Shown in pieces: positions 1 through 13,760 of a stretch of DNA of 63,857 nucleotides. How positions within the stretch are numbered: the stretch's first letter is position 1; every line of letters begins with the position of its first letter. This stretch comes from Mobula hypostoma (lineage: Eukaryota), in NCBI RefSeq assembly GCF_963921235.1, contig NC_086106.1:22444144-22508000 (forward strand), given 5' to 3'. The notes under the pieces were generated by a model. The model worked only from the letters and a program-made list of their open reading frames with translations. It made no database searches and had not been told where the DNA came from. The position numbers and the translations under genes are program-made.

Positions 1-892
1 ATTGGTATGTTGATTATATTGGTTCTGTGACGGCGATATTCAAAATCATTCGACGTAGTGACACTCAAAATGTACGTCAGCGATTATTTTGCCTTATACT
101 GGAGCACACAATCCGTCCACAAGTCGAGCTCTTCACACTAAAAGATTCACCCCAATGTCCTGATGTGCTTGAGATTTTCACCATGATCACACGTGCTCTG
201 AATCCAGATGCCTCTTTTGAATAATCCGTTGTGATGACAAATGCACTGCATCATGTATGTTAGAACTGAGTCGGAGCTTGTAAGGCTTCCAATTGAGCCA
301 GTGCGTGAGTAGCCGAGACTTAAGCCGAAACTAGATGAAATAATTTCTTCATGCAGATTCTAACAACCTCACAGGATGGATAACGCGCAAAGTTAGGGAT
401 GTAATCAAGAGAAAGTAAGTTTATAGAAGATTAGGTGAGGTTAGGAAATGTTTCGCATTCGTTTTAACAGCGATATGCAAGAGCTGTATCAGTGCTCAGT
501 GTCTTGATCCTGTTACGATTATACCTTCTCCTGTCTTCGCATGACGACTGCAGTCAAGCTATTGACGCATAAAATTCGGTCATGATATGACTGATCAAAG
601 TGTACAGTCAAACTTCCCGTTCCTCCTTTTCCCTATCAAACTCTGTCCGGGAAAAAAAAAAAAAAAACTTTGATAAAATAAACCTGAGAATCTTTAAAAC
701 ATTGAATTGGACCAGCCTTGTAATACTTCGGTGTGGCTTTACATTAAAAAAAAAACTCTATGCTTGATATGTTGCTGTTTGACAATGCCCTCCTTAAATA
801 CTGATGCAACATCATCCATTACCTTTCTTAACTGACTTTCGTTTCACTCTATTCCAGAGAACATAGCATTTAACTAGTGGATGGATCTCCAA

Positions 893-917
893 AATATATA
901 TATATATATATATATAT
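893..917. repeat. (TA)n microsatellite
   Basis: Direct run of atatatat... Confidence 0.9.
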
Positions 918-1942
918 TTCTCCCCCAGCATTAGCTGTTAATTGTATAGCTGTAGGCTACATTTTAATATATATTAATATAGACTAACATATCGTTTGTG
1001 GGAATACTGAAACATCCTAGAAATTGTCCAAGTCTATTTTAACCACTTTACTTCAGGGTTCTGGGGTAAGCCATTTAGAATTTTTATTCTTAGTTGTTAT
1101 TTTTTGGAATGTAAGTCCCAGGCTTACATAGTCCTGTATCATTCTCATCATGATCAAATTTTTCATCAAATCATGCAGCTCTGTATTCTTTTTTGATCAA
1201 GATTTTTTTTTGGTCTTTGATCTTTTTGAACATTTTCGCTTCCCTGTGCAGTTCATTAATGTTTGTCAGCCCGAAATGCTCCTGATATGCCCCTGCTGTG
1301 TAGCATTTATTGCCAGGACCGTCATAAAGTCTGCTTTGCTATGATATCTGATCGACCCTGCCACGATCGCAACACAATTTCGTCAACCAGGCCGGTTTCC
1401 ATTTCGAAGTTACATCTTCGTTCATGCTCACAATCATTGCTGCTTGAAACACAATGGCGTCTGCGTCTGCTGCTTCCATTGATATAACTATAACAACTGC
1501 CCTTTTAAATGTTTTTCAGGAGTCGTTTTTGAATGTGTTATTGTAAGATTCCACAAGCTAATCAGTTCTCCGTTCATCATTAAGCCCATTACTGAACTGA
1601 CAAAGATCCCATTACCCTTCTGTTCAGCCATTAAGCCAAACTGCATTCCACTTTGTTTTGATTCAGCTCTTGAAACATAACGCGTCTGCAATCAACAATG
1701 TTTTCTATTCCAAAAGTCTTGTATTGCTCTAAAGATATTAGCAAACCTCCTTTCGGCTCGTATGATTAAAGCAATTACATTTCTGAACAAAGTTATATGT
1801 ACAAAAACTTGATCGTTAGACTATATAAATGTTTTTCCACATCTATGGGATATATGGACAAAGCACGTAATCGTGATAATATGTCGTGAGGTGGATATTG
1901 TCTGCAGATGATGGAAGTTAAAGAAAAACACAAAATAGCTAG

Positions 1943-2768
1943 AGAAACATAGAAACATAGAAACATAGAAAATAGGTGCAGGAGTAGGCCATTCGGCCCT
2001 TCGAGCCTGCACCGCCATTTATTATGATCATGGCTGATCATCCAACTCAGAGCCCCGCCCCAGCCTTCCCTCCATATCCCCTGACCCCTGTGGCCACAAG
2101 GGCCATATCTAACTCCCTCTTAAACATAGCCAATGAACTGGCCTCAACAGTTTGCTGTGGCAGAGAATTACACAGATTCACAACTCTCTGTGTGAAGAAG
2201 TTTTTCGTAATCTCGGTCCTAAAAGGCTTCCCCTCTATCCTCAAACTGTGACCCCTCGTTCTGGATTTCCCCAACATTGGGAACAATCTTCCTGCATCTA
2301 GCCTGTCCAATCCCTTTAGGATCTTATACGTTTCAATCAGATCCCCCTCAATCTTCTCAATTCCAACGAGTACAAGCCCAGTTCATCCAGTCTTTCTTCA
2401 TATGAAAGTCCTGCCATCCCAGGAATCAATCTGGTGAATCTTCTTTGTACTCCCTCTATGGCAAAGATGTCTTTCCTCAGATTAGGGGACCAAAACTGCA
2501 CACAATACTCCAGGTGTGGTCTCACCAAGGCCTTGTACAACTGCAGTAGTACCTCCCTGCTCCTGTACTCGAATCCTCTCGCTATAAATGCCAGCATACC
2601 ATTCGCCTTTTTCACCGCCTGCTGTACCTGCATGCCCACGTTCAATGACTGGTGTATAATGACACCCAGGTCTCGTTGCACCTCCCCTTTTCCTCATCGG
2701 CCACTATTCAGATAATAATCTGTTTTCATATTTTTGCCACCAAAGTGGATAACTTCACATTTATCCAC
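1943..2768 (-). mobile_element. CR1-clade LINE, 5'-truncated (RT C-terminus, 3'UTR, (TTTCTATG)n tail)
   Basis: ORFs 2337-2681 and 2047-2310 (RPHLEYCVQFWSP, TRGHSLRI, KNFFTQRVV); tandem AGAAACAT tail. Near-identical to 56400-57140. Confidence 0.92.
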
Positions 2769-2769
2769 A

Positions 2770-3570
2770 CGAAACTCAGCAGGGCAGGCAACACATATCG
2801 AACAATATAATCGGTCGACGTTTCTTGCCAAGGTTTCTTTACCACTGAGGGGGGGAGGGGGGAAGTAATGGCAGATGAAACGGCGGGTAGCTGAAAGAAG
2901 TTAGCAGGTAGGTGATTGGTGAAGCGTCATGGGTTGGAGAGGAAGGAATCTGAAAGGAGTTGAAAATAAACAACAAGGGGTGGAGAAACTGGAGGCGATG
3001 AAGGGGGAAGTAATAGGTAGGAGAGAAGAAGTGAGCGGACAGAGTGGGGGATAGAGGAGACTAAGAGAGCGATGTGCGGCCGCTGTGGTTCACTGAATGG
3101 AGAAATAGATATTGACGGCATCAGCATGGAGGGCACCAAGACGGAATATACGAATTTCCAAGTTGGAAATAAATAAGCTGTTGCTCCAGCAACCAGAGAG
3201 AGCCTTCTCCTGGCACGTAGATCGATATGCTGGAACGGAAATGGGAATCGCAATGAAAATTCTTGGCCAGAGCGAAGTCACGTTGATAGGGATGGTACCG
3301 TTGTGCTTCCGGAAATGGACTCCAAATCTCGCCCGGACTCACCAATGCAGCGTGGGTACGTATACAATGGACAATACCAGTAATTTGCAGGTTAAGTGTT
3401 GCCTCGCTTGGAAAAACGGCTTGGCTCTAAATGGAAGTGAGAGAAGAGATGCATCAATGGTGTAGTATTTGAAACTCTTTCAGGGATAAGTGCCGAAACG
3501 GAGATTAATAAGGAAAAAAAGATAAACATGTGAATCCCGGAGGGAGCAATCCTCCGGAATTGGACAGGGG
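2770..3570 (-). mobile_element. Penelope-like element fragment (GIY-YIG end), decayed
   Basis: Reverse-complement similarity to 38150-38925, including the terminal ctcagcagg..gtcgacgttt motif. Confidence 0.65.
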
Positions 3571-3799
3571 GTGGTAAAGGTACGTTTACAGCTGGGATCC
3601 ATTTGGAGTTCGCAGGAGCTGCGGAAGATTTTGTGTCGGTATAACTTGTTTTTTACTACAATAACATTTGCATCTGTACTGTGGCAGAAAGGTAGGACCC
3701 AGATGCCTCAACGATGCCCTTGCAATGCAATGCTACGTGGGCACATATTGTTTTTACCGGTAAAGATGACAGGAAACACCGCCAAAATCTAAAGTGAGC

Positions 3800-4550
3800 G
3801 TAAAAACATGGGAGGATTATGCCCTCGGAGAACGACGCAACAAATGTGTTTCTTGAGCAATCATCCCGTACTGTAATCACACCATTGAGAAAATGTTTAC
3901 ACAATTATGCTGATAAAATTCAAGTAGCGTTTACTGCGATAACATCAAACGACGTGTTCAGAGTTGCGTTCCATTTCTCATGGTATGTGAATTACTATAC
4001 GAGATCTTTGTCAAACCTGTCGACTCTGTTCCAACTCCTAAACTCATTACTGCGTATCGGGATGAAATAACGATGGACAAAGAAATGCGAGGTGGTTTTC
4101 CAAATTGTAAAGAAAGTGGTGTCGACTGGCACTTTTTGTACACCTATGATTCACATACTCCTTTAGATCTTGCATTGTCTGTGACCGCTCGCATTATGGT
4201 ACAGCAATACATACCAGCGATGTACATGAAGGTCTCCGAGCCTTTGCGTGATGTTCCCATACCGATGCAGAGTAAAGATATGCACACATTAATAAAGAAA
4301 CATTGAGTCCGGCTTGAGATTTCCAGCTCTTTCATATGAACCTATTAAAGACGTGAATGTTGCAGCCTTCAGACATTATACAACGTTTAGTTATTTTTGC
4401 TACGAATCGATACATTTTGCTCGTATCGTGCCCGCATTGAATATTCTGCTTACTTGAAGAGGGAATTGTCTTTCAAAGCGATTCGAGTTGCTCGCAGGAA
4501 TAATTGGCACAGTTTTTTTTTTCAATAAATCTTGTGTAGGCACTACTGTT
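3800..4550 (+). mobile_element. Possible MULE/MuDR DNA-transposase fossil
   Basis: PKLITAYRDEITMDKEMRGGFPNCKESGVDWHF resembles the MULE P-x-I-x-D..FP..GC-x-FHF motif; downstream FPALSYEPIKDV..AF and FSYF. Recognised from memory only. Confidence 0.45.
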
Positions 4551-5229
4551 CTGTATGAGCCAAGTAGCTTCCAGCTTGTGCTTGGGATTTGGCGCTGTCT
4601 TCGCTATGGCCACTGGTCGACTCTGGGCCCGAGAAATTTTCTTTCAAGATTCTAAGTAATGGGCCTAACCCGAATGAGCAGCGTAGTTCCGAGGTAACTT
4701 GAGGATTTCCCGTTCTCTGAACTGGTTGCAAATTATTATTATGAGAGCGACCAGCGAACCCAGGTGCAAGGAACAAAGCGGCGTTCGCAGTTCAGACAAA
4801 ATTAAGAATTTAACACATAAAGGTAACGAGCAAAAACTAAAAAGAACTAAGGTGAACTGTACATAATCTCGATGAACCTCAAAGACCGAGCCGAGGCGCT
4901 TGCCCCCACACGCTCACGCTATACCAGCTGGAGCACGTTCGAATTCAGGAGCACACAGATAACATATATGTCAAGGCGAAACTATAATCCCCTAAAGCAA
5001 ACAACTTCTGTAGAAGACGTAAAAAAATACCGAGCTAATTAAAGTTATCCCGAATCGAATACTGGTAATAAATTCAAAGGGCCTAAAATCCACACAATAC
5101 CAAATGAGACTCTTGCAAAGCAAAGGAAAGAAACAGAGATAGCAAGAACAAACAATTACACAGAAATGTATATTACGCCTTTCTGCAAGTTGGCATTTTG
5201 CAAATACTGAACACCAAGCTACTGCCAAA

Positions 5230-7450
5230 AAAAAAGCTAACAAACAGACTATTATTTGTAGATCACCCCTGTTTGTGAGGGAGACGGGTACCCTCCATCA
5301 CCAAATCTAAGGCCCCCAGGGGACGGATTCGGCACATTGTGAGAAGTCGGGGAAATTGAATAATCAGATTTGGATCGAATATATCCAGGCCCGGAACAAA
5401 CCTCCTTTCCTTGGGACCATACCTCTAGCAATCCTCTGAATAATGGATATACCCCATAAGCTGCCGGGACTCAGTCAATCTACAGACAATTTAAGCCAGT
5501 ACTCCGTCTTTGATCATACATGGAGAGAGAGGCTTCAGTGTAGGCTCAAGAGTAATGGCAGAAGTATTACTGGTTTGAAGGGAAGCACTGAGACCTGGGA
5601 AGCTGTAATCAATGTTATACAGAATTGATCCACTGAACAATCTTCAAGGGCCTAATGAAGCAAGGAGCTATGTTCCGGGATTCTGTCTTAAACGGCAGGT
5701 CTGAGTCAGAAAGCCCATGCCGTAGACACATGCAGAATGAAGGAAGCAGACGTCTCTTCCTGTTACATTGGAACTGCTGCCTCAGCGAAGTAATTTCAAA
5801 CGTCCTCTTGCATTTCAGCTATCTCTGCTTACAACATTCGACAAACTGTATTGCAGACAGAACATTTCTTTTCACTTCCAACTGAGGGAAAATCGAAGGC
5901 ATACACTCAAAAATTGGCGTTTGAAAGGAGACATCTGAAGCCAAGAGTGGTGAAGGGTGGCATGAGCTATCTATGTCCAAACTAAATGTTCACTGCAGAA
6001 GAACTGGATAGAATCAACTGGGCAACGAAGTGTATGTTCCAAATTTTGCTTAGTCTGGTTGTTCATTTGTGGGTGAAAACCATCAGAAAGGCTGGAAGAA
6101 ATTCTAATAAGTTTACAAAGTGCTTGCCAAACATGCACGTAAATTGTAGGCCCCTTTCAGAGTCAAATTCAGAAGGAAGTCAAAGCACGCCAAACAGTCG
6201 CTCAAACAAAGTCTAAACGGATGTCAGCCACTCCTAACCAGTAAGGCACTCTACTGAGGTGAATCTAACAGCAGACAACTCCCGGCTACCCAAAACATAA
6301 CTGGAATCATATGGTGAGAGTGATTTCGAGAACAACNNNNNNNNNNNNNNNNNNNNNNNNNNNNNNNNNNNNNNNNNNNNNNNNNNNNNNNNNNNNNNNN
6401 NNNNNNNNNNNNNNNNNNNNNNNNNNNNNNNNNNNNNNNNNNNNNNNNNNNNNNNNNNNNNNNNNNNNNNNNNNNNNNNNNNNNNNNNNNNNNNNNNNNN
6501 NNNNNNNNNNNNNNNNNNNNNNNNGGACAGCACTGCCTCTACTCCGATGTTTGAGTGTCGAAAGCAAACAACAAAGGCTAGATCGGGATTAGGTGGGCGC
6601 AATATGTGATTATTGACAAAGCGATTCTTTATCTTGTTTACGGCCCGGCACCGCGTCTGCTGTACAACAAAAATGACTCGCCCATTTCATGCATGATAAA
6701 ATTTGGACAGCGGCAACAGAGCGAAAATTCCTAATGAATTTCCTGAACAAAAGTTTGCAAAAACAAGGATTTTTTCAAAATGCTTGACAGTGTTTGGACT
6801 GGGCAGGAGATTTATTGACATCGATAAATAGGTTTCTCTTGCAAATAACAAATCCTAAAAAGAAGACTTTAGGGAAATGGCATTTATACTTCACAAGACT
6901 GGCGAATATTTGGTTATCTATTAAGCACGATGCCGTTAACAAGCTCAAAAAGCATAACGGCTTATGCCTAATGACAATGGGAGTATGGAATGCCGTCTTC
7001 TATTTAACAACCAAATGAATCCAAATTTTATCATATGCCTTTTTTTGCTATCTTGCTTACCATACAGCATTGAGATTCTAAGGTTTTGAGCACATGCTTT
7101 TAATAATCAATACCTTAACGAGATTTGTTAAAACCCCTATGTTTTCGGTTTAATCTTGTTAAATTTATTGTGGCTGAAAGAGGTTCTCGCCGTTCTATAC
7201 TTATTGAAAAATATCCTCCATTAAATGTCTTAGTGGACTCTCAGTGCTGAGGAGGATGAACCGCCTCGTGGTGTTACTGATTTGCTCTTCACAGGCTCTG
7301 ATTCTGACGATTAATCTCTTGTTACCTTCTCTTCCTGGTGATTCCACCGTTCCTCCACACATGTGCGCAGGCCTTCCTGAGAGGCACAATGACCAAATGA
7401 ACCCACAGCAGCATACGGTCCCAGGGTTATTCTGAGTTTTCTCAGTCTTT
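5230..7450 (-). mobile_element. Ty3/gypsy chromovirus-type LTR retrotransposon internal region (gag remnant, RT, RNase H, integrase, chromodomain), decayed, spans a gap
   Basis: Minus-strand translations resemble FLGFANFYRKFIRNF (RT), PDLAFVV..IGVEAVLS (RNase H), DSERGLQFT..SDGFHPQ (integrase) and GYGPEERSWVP-like chromodomain remnants. Confidence 0.75.
6337..6524. other. Assembly gap (N run)
   Basis: Run of n. Confidence 1.
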
Positions 7451-7966
7451 GTTCAGGATTTATTTCGCGGTTCTCTCAGTCAACGAAGTCCGTATGGTCT
7501 CTCATGTTAAGTTCTTTTTTGCACTATTTATATGATCTGTTTCAGAGTCAAATGTTACATTGCGTAATCAAGTACAGTGTTTCCAATCATCGGCTTTGAT
7601 TTCCAGTTATATATAACGGATAAAAGTTGTATGCTATGTATCCGAGGTACAAAGCTAAACTTCCGTGTTATATGCTCTGTTTCTGATATGTATGTAGTTT
7701 CCGAGTTATATGCTATAATTCGATGTCCAGATCTGCCTTCTGTTTTACAGACCTTACTCTAGAGCTCCAGCTCTGTACCGTATTTTCCATCCCTGTACCA
7801 AGAGATCTGCTCAGTGCTTTTCTGAAATGTCTCGGCTCCATTACACCTGTTCCAGATTATCTAGCGCTGTTCGAGCTTCATATATGCCTTACGTCTTTTA
7901 GGCCTGCCTTAAGAGTCTCAAGCATTTTTTTTTTGTATTTGAGACCTACCTCGAATGCTACAGATC

Positions 7967-9180
7967 TAGAAACATAAAAATAATAGAAAACATACAGCAG
8001 AATACAGACCTTTGGTTTAATAGTGATGTCGATCATGAACTTACTTTAGAAATGACCTAATGTTACCCTTTGCTCTCTATATTTTTGAGCCGTAGGTACC
8101 TATCTAGGGGTCTCTTAAAATACTCTATTTTATCCGCCTTCATTACCAGAGCCGGTAGCCCATTCCACGCGTTCACCAAGCTCTGCGTAAAAAAAAAAAA
8201 CAACAAAAAAATACTACCCTTAACATCCCGTCTGTACTTATTTCCAAGCACCTTAAAACTGTGCCGTCGCGTGTCAATCATTTCAGCCTTGGGAAATAAA
8301 GTCTCTGACTATCCACACAATCAATACCTCTCATCGTCTTATACACCTCTATCAGGTCACACCTCATCCTCCGCATCTCCAAGGAGAAAAGCCCGAGTTC
8401 ACTGAATCTATTCTCATAAGGCGTGCTCCACAATCCACACAACATCCTTATCTCATCTGCACTGTTTCTACAGTTTTCACATTCTTCCTGTAGTGAGGTG
8501 ACAAGAACTGAGCACAGTATTCCAAGTGGAGTCTGACCAGGAAACCATATAGCTGCAACATTACCTCTCGGCTCATAACCTCAATCCCACGGTTGGTGAA
8601 GGTAAATGCACCGTATGCCTTCTTAACCAGAGAGTCAACATTCAGCATTTTGAGTGTTCTATGCACTCTTACCCCAAGGTTTCTCTGTTCCTCCATACAT
8701 GGTAATAAGTGTTGCCATTGACATTTTCTTTTGCCTCATACTTGATCTACCAAAATGGACTAGCTCACAGATACTGAGTAGCAGGCTAATAGCCTATTCT
8801 CTGCCCAGTTTTACATCCTATCGATTTCCTGCTATAACTTCTTTTAGCTCTCCATACTATATACAACACCTCCAGCGTTTGTGTCAGCAGGAAATTTACT
8901 AACGCATCTCTCCACTTCCTCATCGAAGTCATTTATAAAAGTCATGAAGAGAAGGGGTTCCCGAACAGATCCCTAAGTTAAGGTGGTGGTCACAAACTCC
9001 ATACAGACTTGACCCGTCTGCGCCTACATCTTTCCCTTTTGTGGCAAGCCAATTCTGGATCCACAAAGCAAGTGTCCCTTGGATTCCATGCCTCCTTACA
9101 TTTTCAGAAGCCTTGTTTGGGTAACTTACCAAAAAGCTTGCTGAAATCCATATGCACTACATCTACTGCAGTACCTAAAT
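7967..9180 (-). mobile_element. CR1-clade LINE 3' fragment, old
   Basis: ORFs 8448-8696 (RLHLEYCAQFLSPHYRK) and 8063-8281 (TRRHSFKV); AGAAACAT-like tail remnant. Confidence 0.85.
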
Positions 9181-9899
9181 CAATCTGTTCAGGATTTTCC
9201 AGCTCTGTTCGACGATTTCTGTCTTGCGTTTTACAGATGTGTCCCAATAACAGGCCAGACCGTCAGCTGCCGGGCTTAGAATTCAGTTTGGAATCTATAG
9301 GTATTAGCATGTACCCTGTGATGTACTATAGAGCGTTGGATTTCTAGGTCTTTTCAGCAGCTGTATTAAATAATCCGTATCTTATCTAGTTTTACTGCTT
9401 TCTTTGATTCATAAAACAGTCTCCCGTTCAGTTCCTTAGTGTACGGTTATAGATGATGGATTGTCTCCTGGTATCGTTCAGTCTCTGCTCCAAGTCTCTA
9501 AGCATGATCTTCCTTCTTTTTCCTGGGGATCCAGTCGTTTCTCTGCACTTGGGTCCAATCCATCTTGTGTGGTGCCATGGCGTTTCAGACATTCAAGCTA
9601 GTGAAACATTGCTTCCTTGCAGCAAATCAGAGACTGTGGGGAAACATTTCGTATTGAAGGCCTGTTCGGATTCCGATAATTAACAGAGAATATCATACTG
9701 CCACCCTTATTTATGACGGAGACAAATTTGCTTCATACAGGTATAGTCTAAGGACCTGTAAACCACGCCGCGCAAACCATTTTGAGTTAATCATCCACTG
9801 CCCGTCTCTGAGGACCAGATGGAAATAACGGAAACGTCGGGAAGTGCGGGAATACAGTAATAACTTTATAGTACAGTCACGTCATTGGGAGACAGTGGG

Positions 9900-11600
9900 G
9901 TAGCGATTTTCTTCCTTAAACTGTTAGGATATCTGAGTATTTACGAGAGACTCTCTTAATCTCATTAATAACTTCAAACACAGGGAGATCGGACACAGTT
10001 TCAAATATTTTTTGATATGAGCCCGGTCGTCAGGATCGTACTCCTGATTCAAGAGAACGGCTGAACATAAACATTCCCACAAACAGTGCGGCAACCAACA
10101 ATAAAGACCATGGCCTTGTCTGTCGTGGGGATATGCTGAGGCACGCCTGGATAACCACGAAAAAAAAAGGATCTCCGTGAAAAAATCAAATGGATATTTA
10201 AAGTTTAATTGTGAATAACTATCCGAAAGAATAACAAGTGTCACAAAATGGCTCAAGATATATATCAAACAGAGTAGTAGCGGGAAGAGGATGATCAAAC
10301 TACGGGATAGCGACTTCCATTTTCGTGCCATGCCTAAATTTGTAATATTATCATCTCACCCGAGTTAACACATACCCCAATGGGAATATTGTCTTCACTG
10401 ATTATCCAGCAGGATTGTAATTGTGACCCCGAGGATGTACTTATGCGTGTAGCTACCGGAACCGTCAAAGACGGCCCCTGGGGTTTTCTGATCTCTTGGT
10501 GCACATGAGAAGATAATGGCTAAAGCCTTACAGTACGAACGACGTCTCTCTTTAAGTCATCTTTCACGTTGAACAGCTGAGAGCTCTCTTTTTTCCCAGC
10601 TGCATGGGGTCCACAGCATCCTGCGAGTAGGTCTGCGAAAGTTCTGCAGGGAAAAAAAAAAGAGTCAGGTTGTTTCTGGTCGACGATAGATAGCAGAGAA
10701 CCTTGTGATCTATTGAAGCTACTTTCGCCAACGTACTGACAGACGGATATCCAGACGAATGGTAAAATCGATTATCCCCATTACTTTTTTTTTCACATGG
10801 CCGCGAGCTCCCAGTTCATCTTCAAAATTATTTGTGAGCCCTTTCTATAAAAATAGCCACCAACGTTTCGTCATTTCTCCCTCTCTCTGGAGCCAAAATT
10901 CTAAATTTGACTGAAAAGTCGAGCATGCTTCCTGATTCTTGTCCGATACCAAGACGTCTCTCAGCCGATGCTGTCCATCGCTGGGGTGGTTAAACATTCA
11001 AATTAGGGCTTCGATAATATGACAAATGAAGGAACAGTCCGGATCTCTCTCCCCTGCCTCGCTGTAGCCCATTCCAAACCATTTTCGGAGGCAGTGAAAA
11101 TAATGTAAGCCACTTTACATTATACTGGCGGGAATTTGTGCGACGTCAGTTTAAAGAATTGAGAACACGGGTTGACAAATACGCGGCTTGATGAGGTAAT
11201 GCCGCCAAAGTAGTCCAGAGTAGGAGCTATCGGCACACTCCTCCCAAGACCCTGGAACACTTGATTCCTAGGCTTTTAGATTTCCCTCGATTACAAACGG
11301 AGACCTGGCCACGTCCCACAACTGCTCCCCGTGTCTGCAGACATTGTTAGTACATTTAGCTAGATCTGGTCACAGGAAGTAACCTCTTGAGATCCTTTTT
11401 CATGGTTAGGTCGTCCAGTAAGAGCCACTAACCAGCTGGACTGCAGGACTGACGGCGATACAATCAGTTCAGACACAGCTAATGGTTTATCAGAAGAAGT
11501 TACCGAGAAACACGAACAAAAGCGAATAGAAACTACACAGAATCGAGGAGAACATAAGTCTGAACTGAAGCACCGAAAAACTTGATCTGAGTTTCACTCT
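9900..11600 (-). mobile_element. Decayed retroviral-like (ERV or LTR) gag-pol remnant
   Basis: Degenerate zinc knuckle (SYCKAL..H..C) near 10510-10550 and RNase H/tether-like fragments near 9950-10150. Heavily frameshifted. Confidence 0.4.
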
Positions 11601-13249
11601 TCACTCAAGCATGCAAGAGGGCTTGGCATGCACCCCACTTCTCCCCCTCCCCTACCAGTAAATACACAGTAGAGCTCGTAGAAATTCATTACCAATTTGA
11701 AATTAAAAAACGGAACAATCTTCCCTAAAAGCAATGGTGCAATAATTTGAAAAAAATACCCTCACGGAATGCAAGTAATAAACGTAAGGGTATTAAAACT
11801 CTCTATCATACCAAATGACCGCCTGGAAACCAGTGGCTAATCAAAGTGGCAAATTACCTAGTGCTAGTCAAAAGAGAAAAATAAATAGACTTAAAAGATA
11901 AGTAATCTAAGGAAAATGCGTCTCAATGAGATTACTGTAGGAAACTATAGAGCACGTAATAACTGTTTTTAACGACCCTGATTTTGACAATTATTTACCC
12001 ACTTGTCCTTGATGAAACTATTTCTTATAAAACCGGGATATAAGAATGTGACGATCAGTAGAAAGAAAGGACAGAATGGCCAATTATAAGTGATTATCTG
12101 CCTTACCAATGTTATATTTCCATGGCATATACAACAGCAGGCGATGAAACACATTTCGATTCACCTCCCCATAACTGATTTTGCAGATATTCAAATTTAA
12201 ATTACCATTTAGAAATAATAATTCAAATGCACCTTGTAAAATCTGTGGCAATGTATTAGAATTCACAATGTGTTGTCCGCCACAACTGAATCAAAAACGA
12301 TGGCAGATTCGATGAGAGTTGTACAGTGTATCTTTGTCAGGCCGCAGGAGCCTTCATTGGCTTCCAATTACGCAACACTGCAAATTCCCATCTCACTCCC
12401 ACTCTTAGTTCTCCACCCATCATTTTAGGTACGTAACGATAAGTTTGAACTTGTATAAAGTCGAGGAATTTATCCTTCATCTTTGCACTTTGCAGAACTC
12501 GTCTCTCCACCTAGTATTGATCTCTATAAGTGCACGAGTGCGCGCCTGCTCAGTAACTAAATTGCGCCTGCACACCTACACTTAGTTGCCACGCATCTTA
12601 TAATTTGTTTTATACAATATTAATATAATTTTGAAATGTATGTTAATATAATTGTGTAACACCCTCTCACGGATTGTGTTCATGAATGTATTCCATAAGT
12701 TTTTCATATAACGAACATATCAATATATTGATTTTGAAACATTTTAGGGCTTCAACCTATTGATATTATCAGTGTTTCAAGTTAAACACTGTTCCAAACT
12801 GTAATAATAAACACAGAGTGGAAGTGGCTAGCTCATTACTAATAAGCGCCCAACGCCGTCTCCTCAAAATATGTTACATTTACCATTGCGCCCGTCTGTT
12901 GATTTGACTACCTGACCTCAAATGCATGTCTTGTGAGTTGTGGTTTGCGACTGTTGAATGTGACAGATTCCATATTCTGACTGGTTCTATCAGTAATATT
13001 TCGAAGAAGTCACAATTTAATAAGAATTTTGCAATTAGGTCATTGTTATACCTTGGTTGAAATATTTTTGATTTAACCTTGTTAATTATTTCATTATAAT
13101 GATATTGTTTCATGTATTCACAAATAATAATATGTGTTTCTTTTTGTATCCAGGAAAGGTCGAAAATTAAAGTAGCAGAGATAAGTTAAACTCCAAATTA
13201 GCGTGAAGCAACTTACAGGAATGAAGGCTACCTCTGATAGTATCCAAGT

Positions 13250-13760
13250 GAATATTCATGGAGTTATTAACAATGTTATCAATACTACTTTGTTGCATTC
13301 TGTGCAATAAATGTGGGCAAATATTTCAATATACAAGAGAGTTGCTGCGGCAAGAACTGTGCATTTAAATGTGTTAAGTACATCTGGAATTCATAAAAAA
13401 AAACTAACTGAAGTAATGTGCTTGACGAAAGCACTGACATTTCTGTACGGAAAAAGTTGCAACATTGTTTTAAGTTCCGACTGGAAATGAAATTCCCTAT
13501 AACACTGTATGTTCGTATATTTGAAACAAACTCCATTTGACTGTATCACTATTGTTGACGCAATAACATTATATATCAAAACAAGTTGTTTTACTCGAAA
13601 GATGATTATGTTTAGATTCGACGGGATATATCATGTCGGAATATAGTTCTTGGAACAATATAATGTTGCTGCTGCAATCCTCCGAGAAAAAAAAAGTCAA
13701 TCAAACAAACATCTGTCTGGACTGCATTGCTTTTCACAAGAGGAAAACATATAAATCACA
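13250..13760 (+). mobile_element. hAT-superfamily transposase fossil
   Basis: LDESTDISVRKKL (cttgacgaaagcactgacatttct, ~13420), then IVDAI, NVAAAI and a HC-x-AH-like remnant in the expected order. Confidence 0.55.

Noticed and set aside
1801-1809. Isolated nonamer ACAAAAACT
   Set aside because: No heptamer 12 or 23 nt upstream.
12241-12299. D-like arrangement ATCTGTG-16 nt-CACAATG...TCAAAAACG
   Set aside because: The 3' spacer is 20 nt and there is no 5' nonamer, so chance is as likely.
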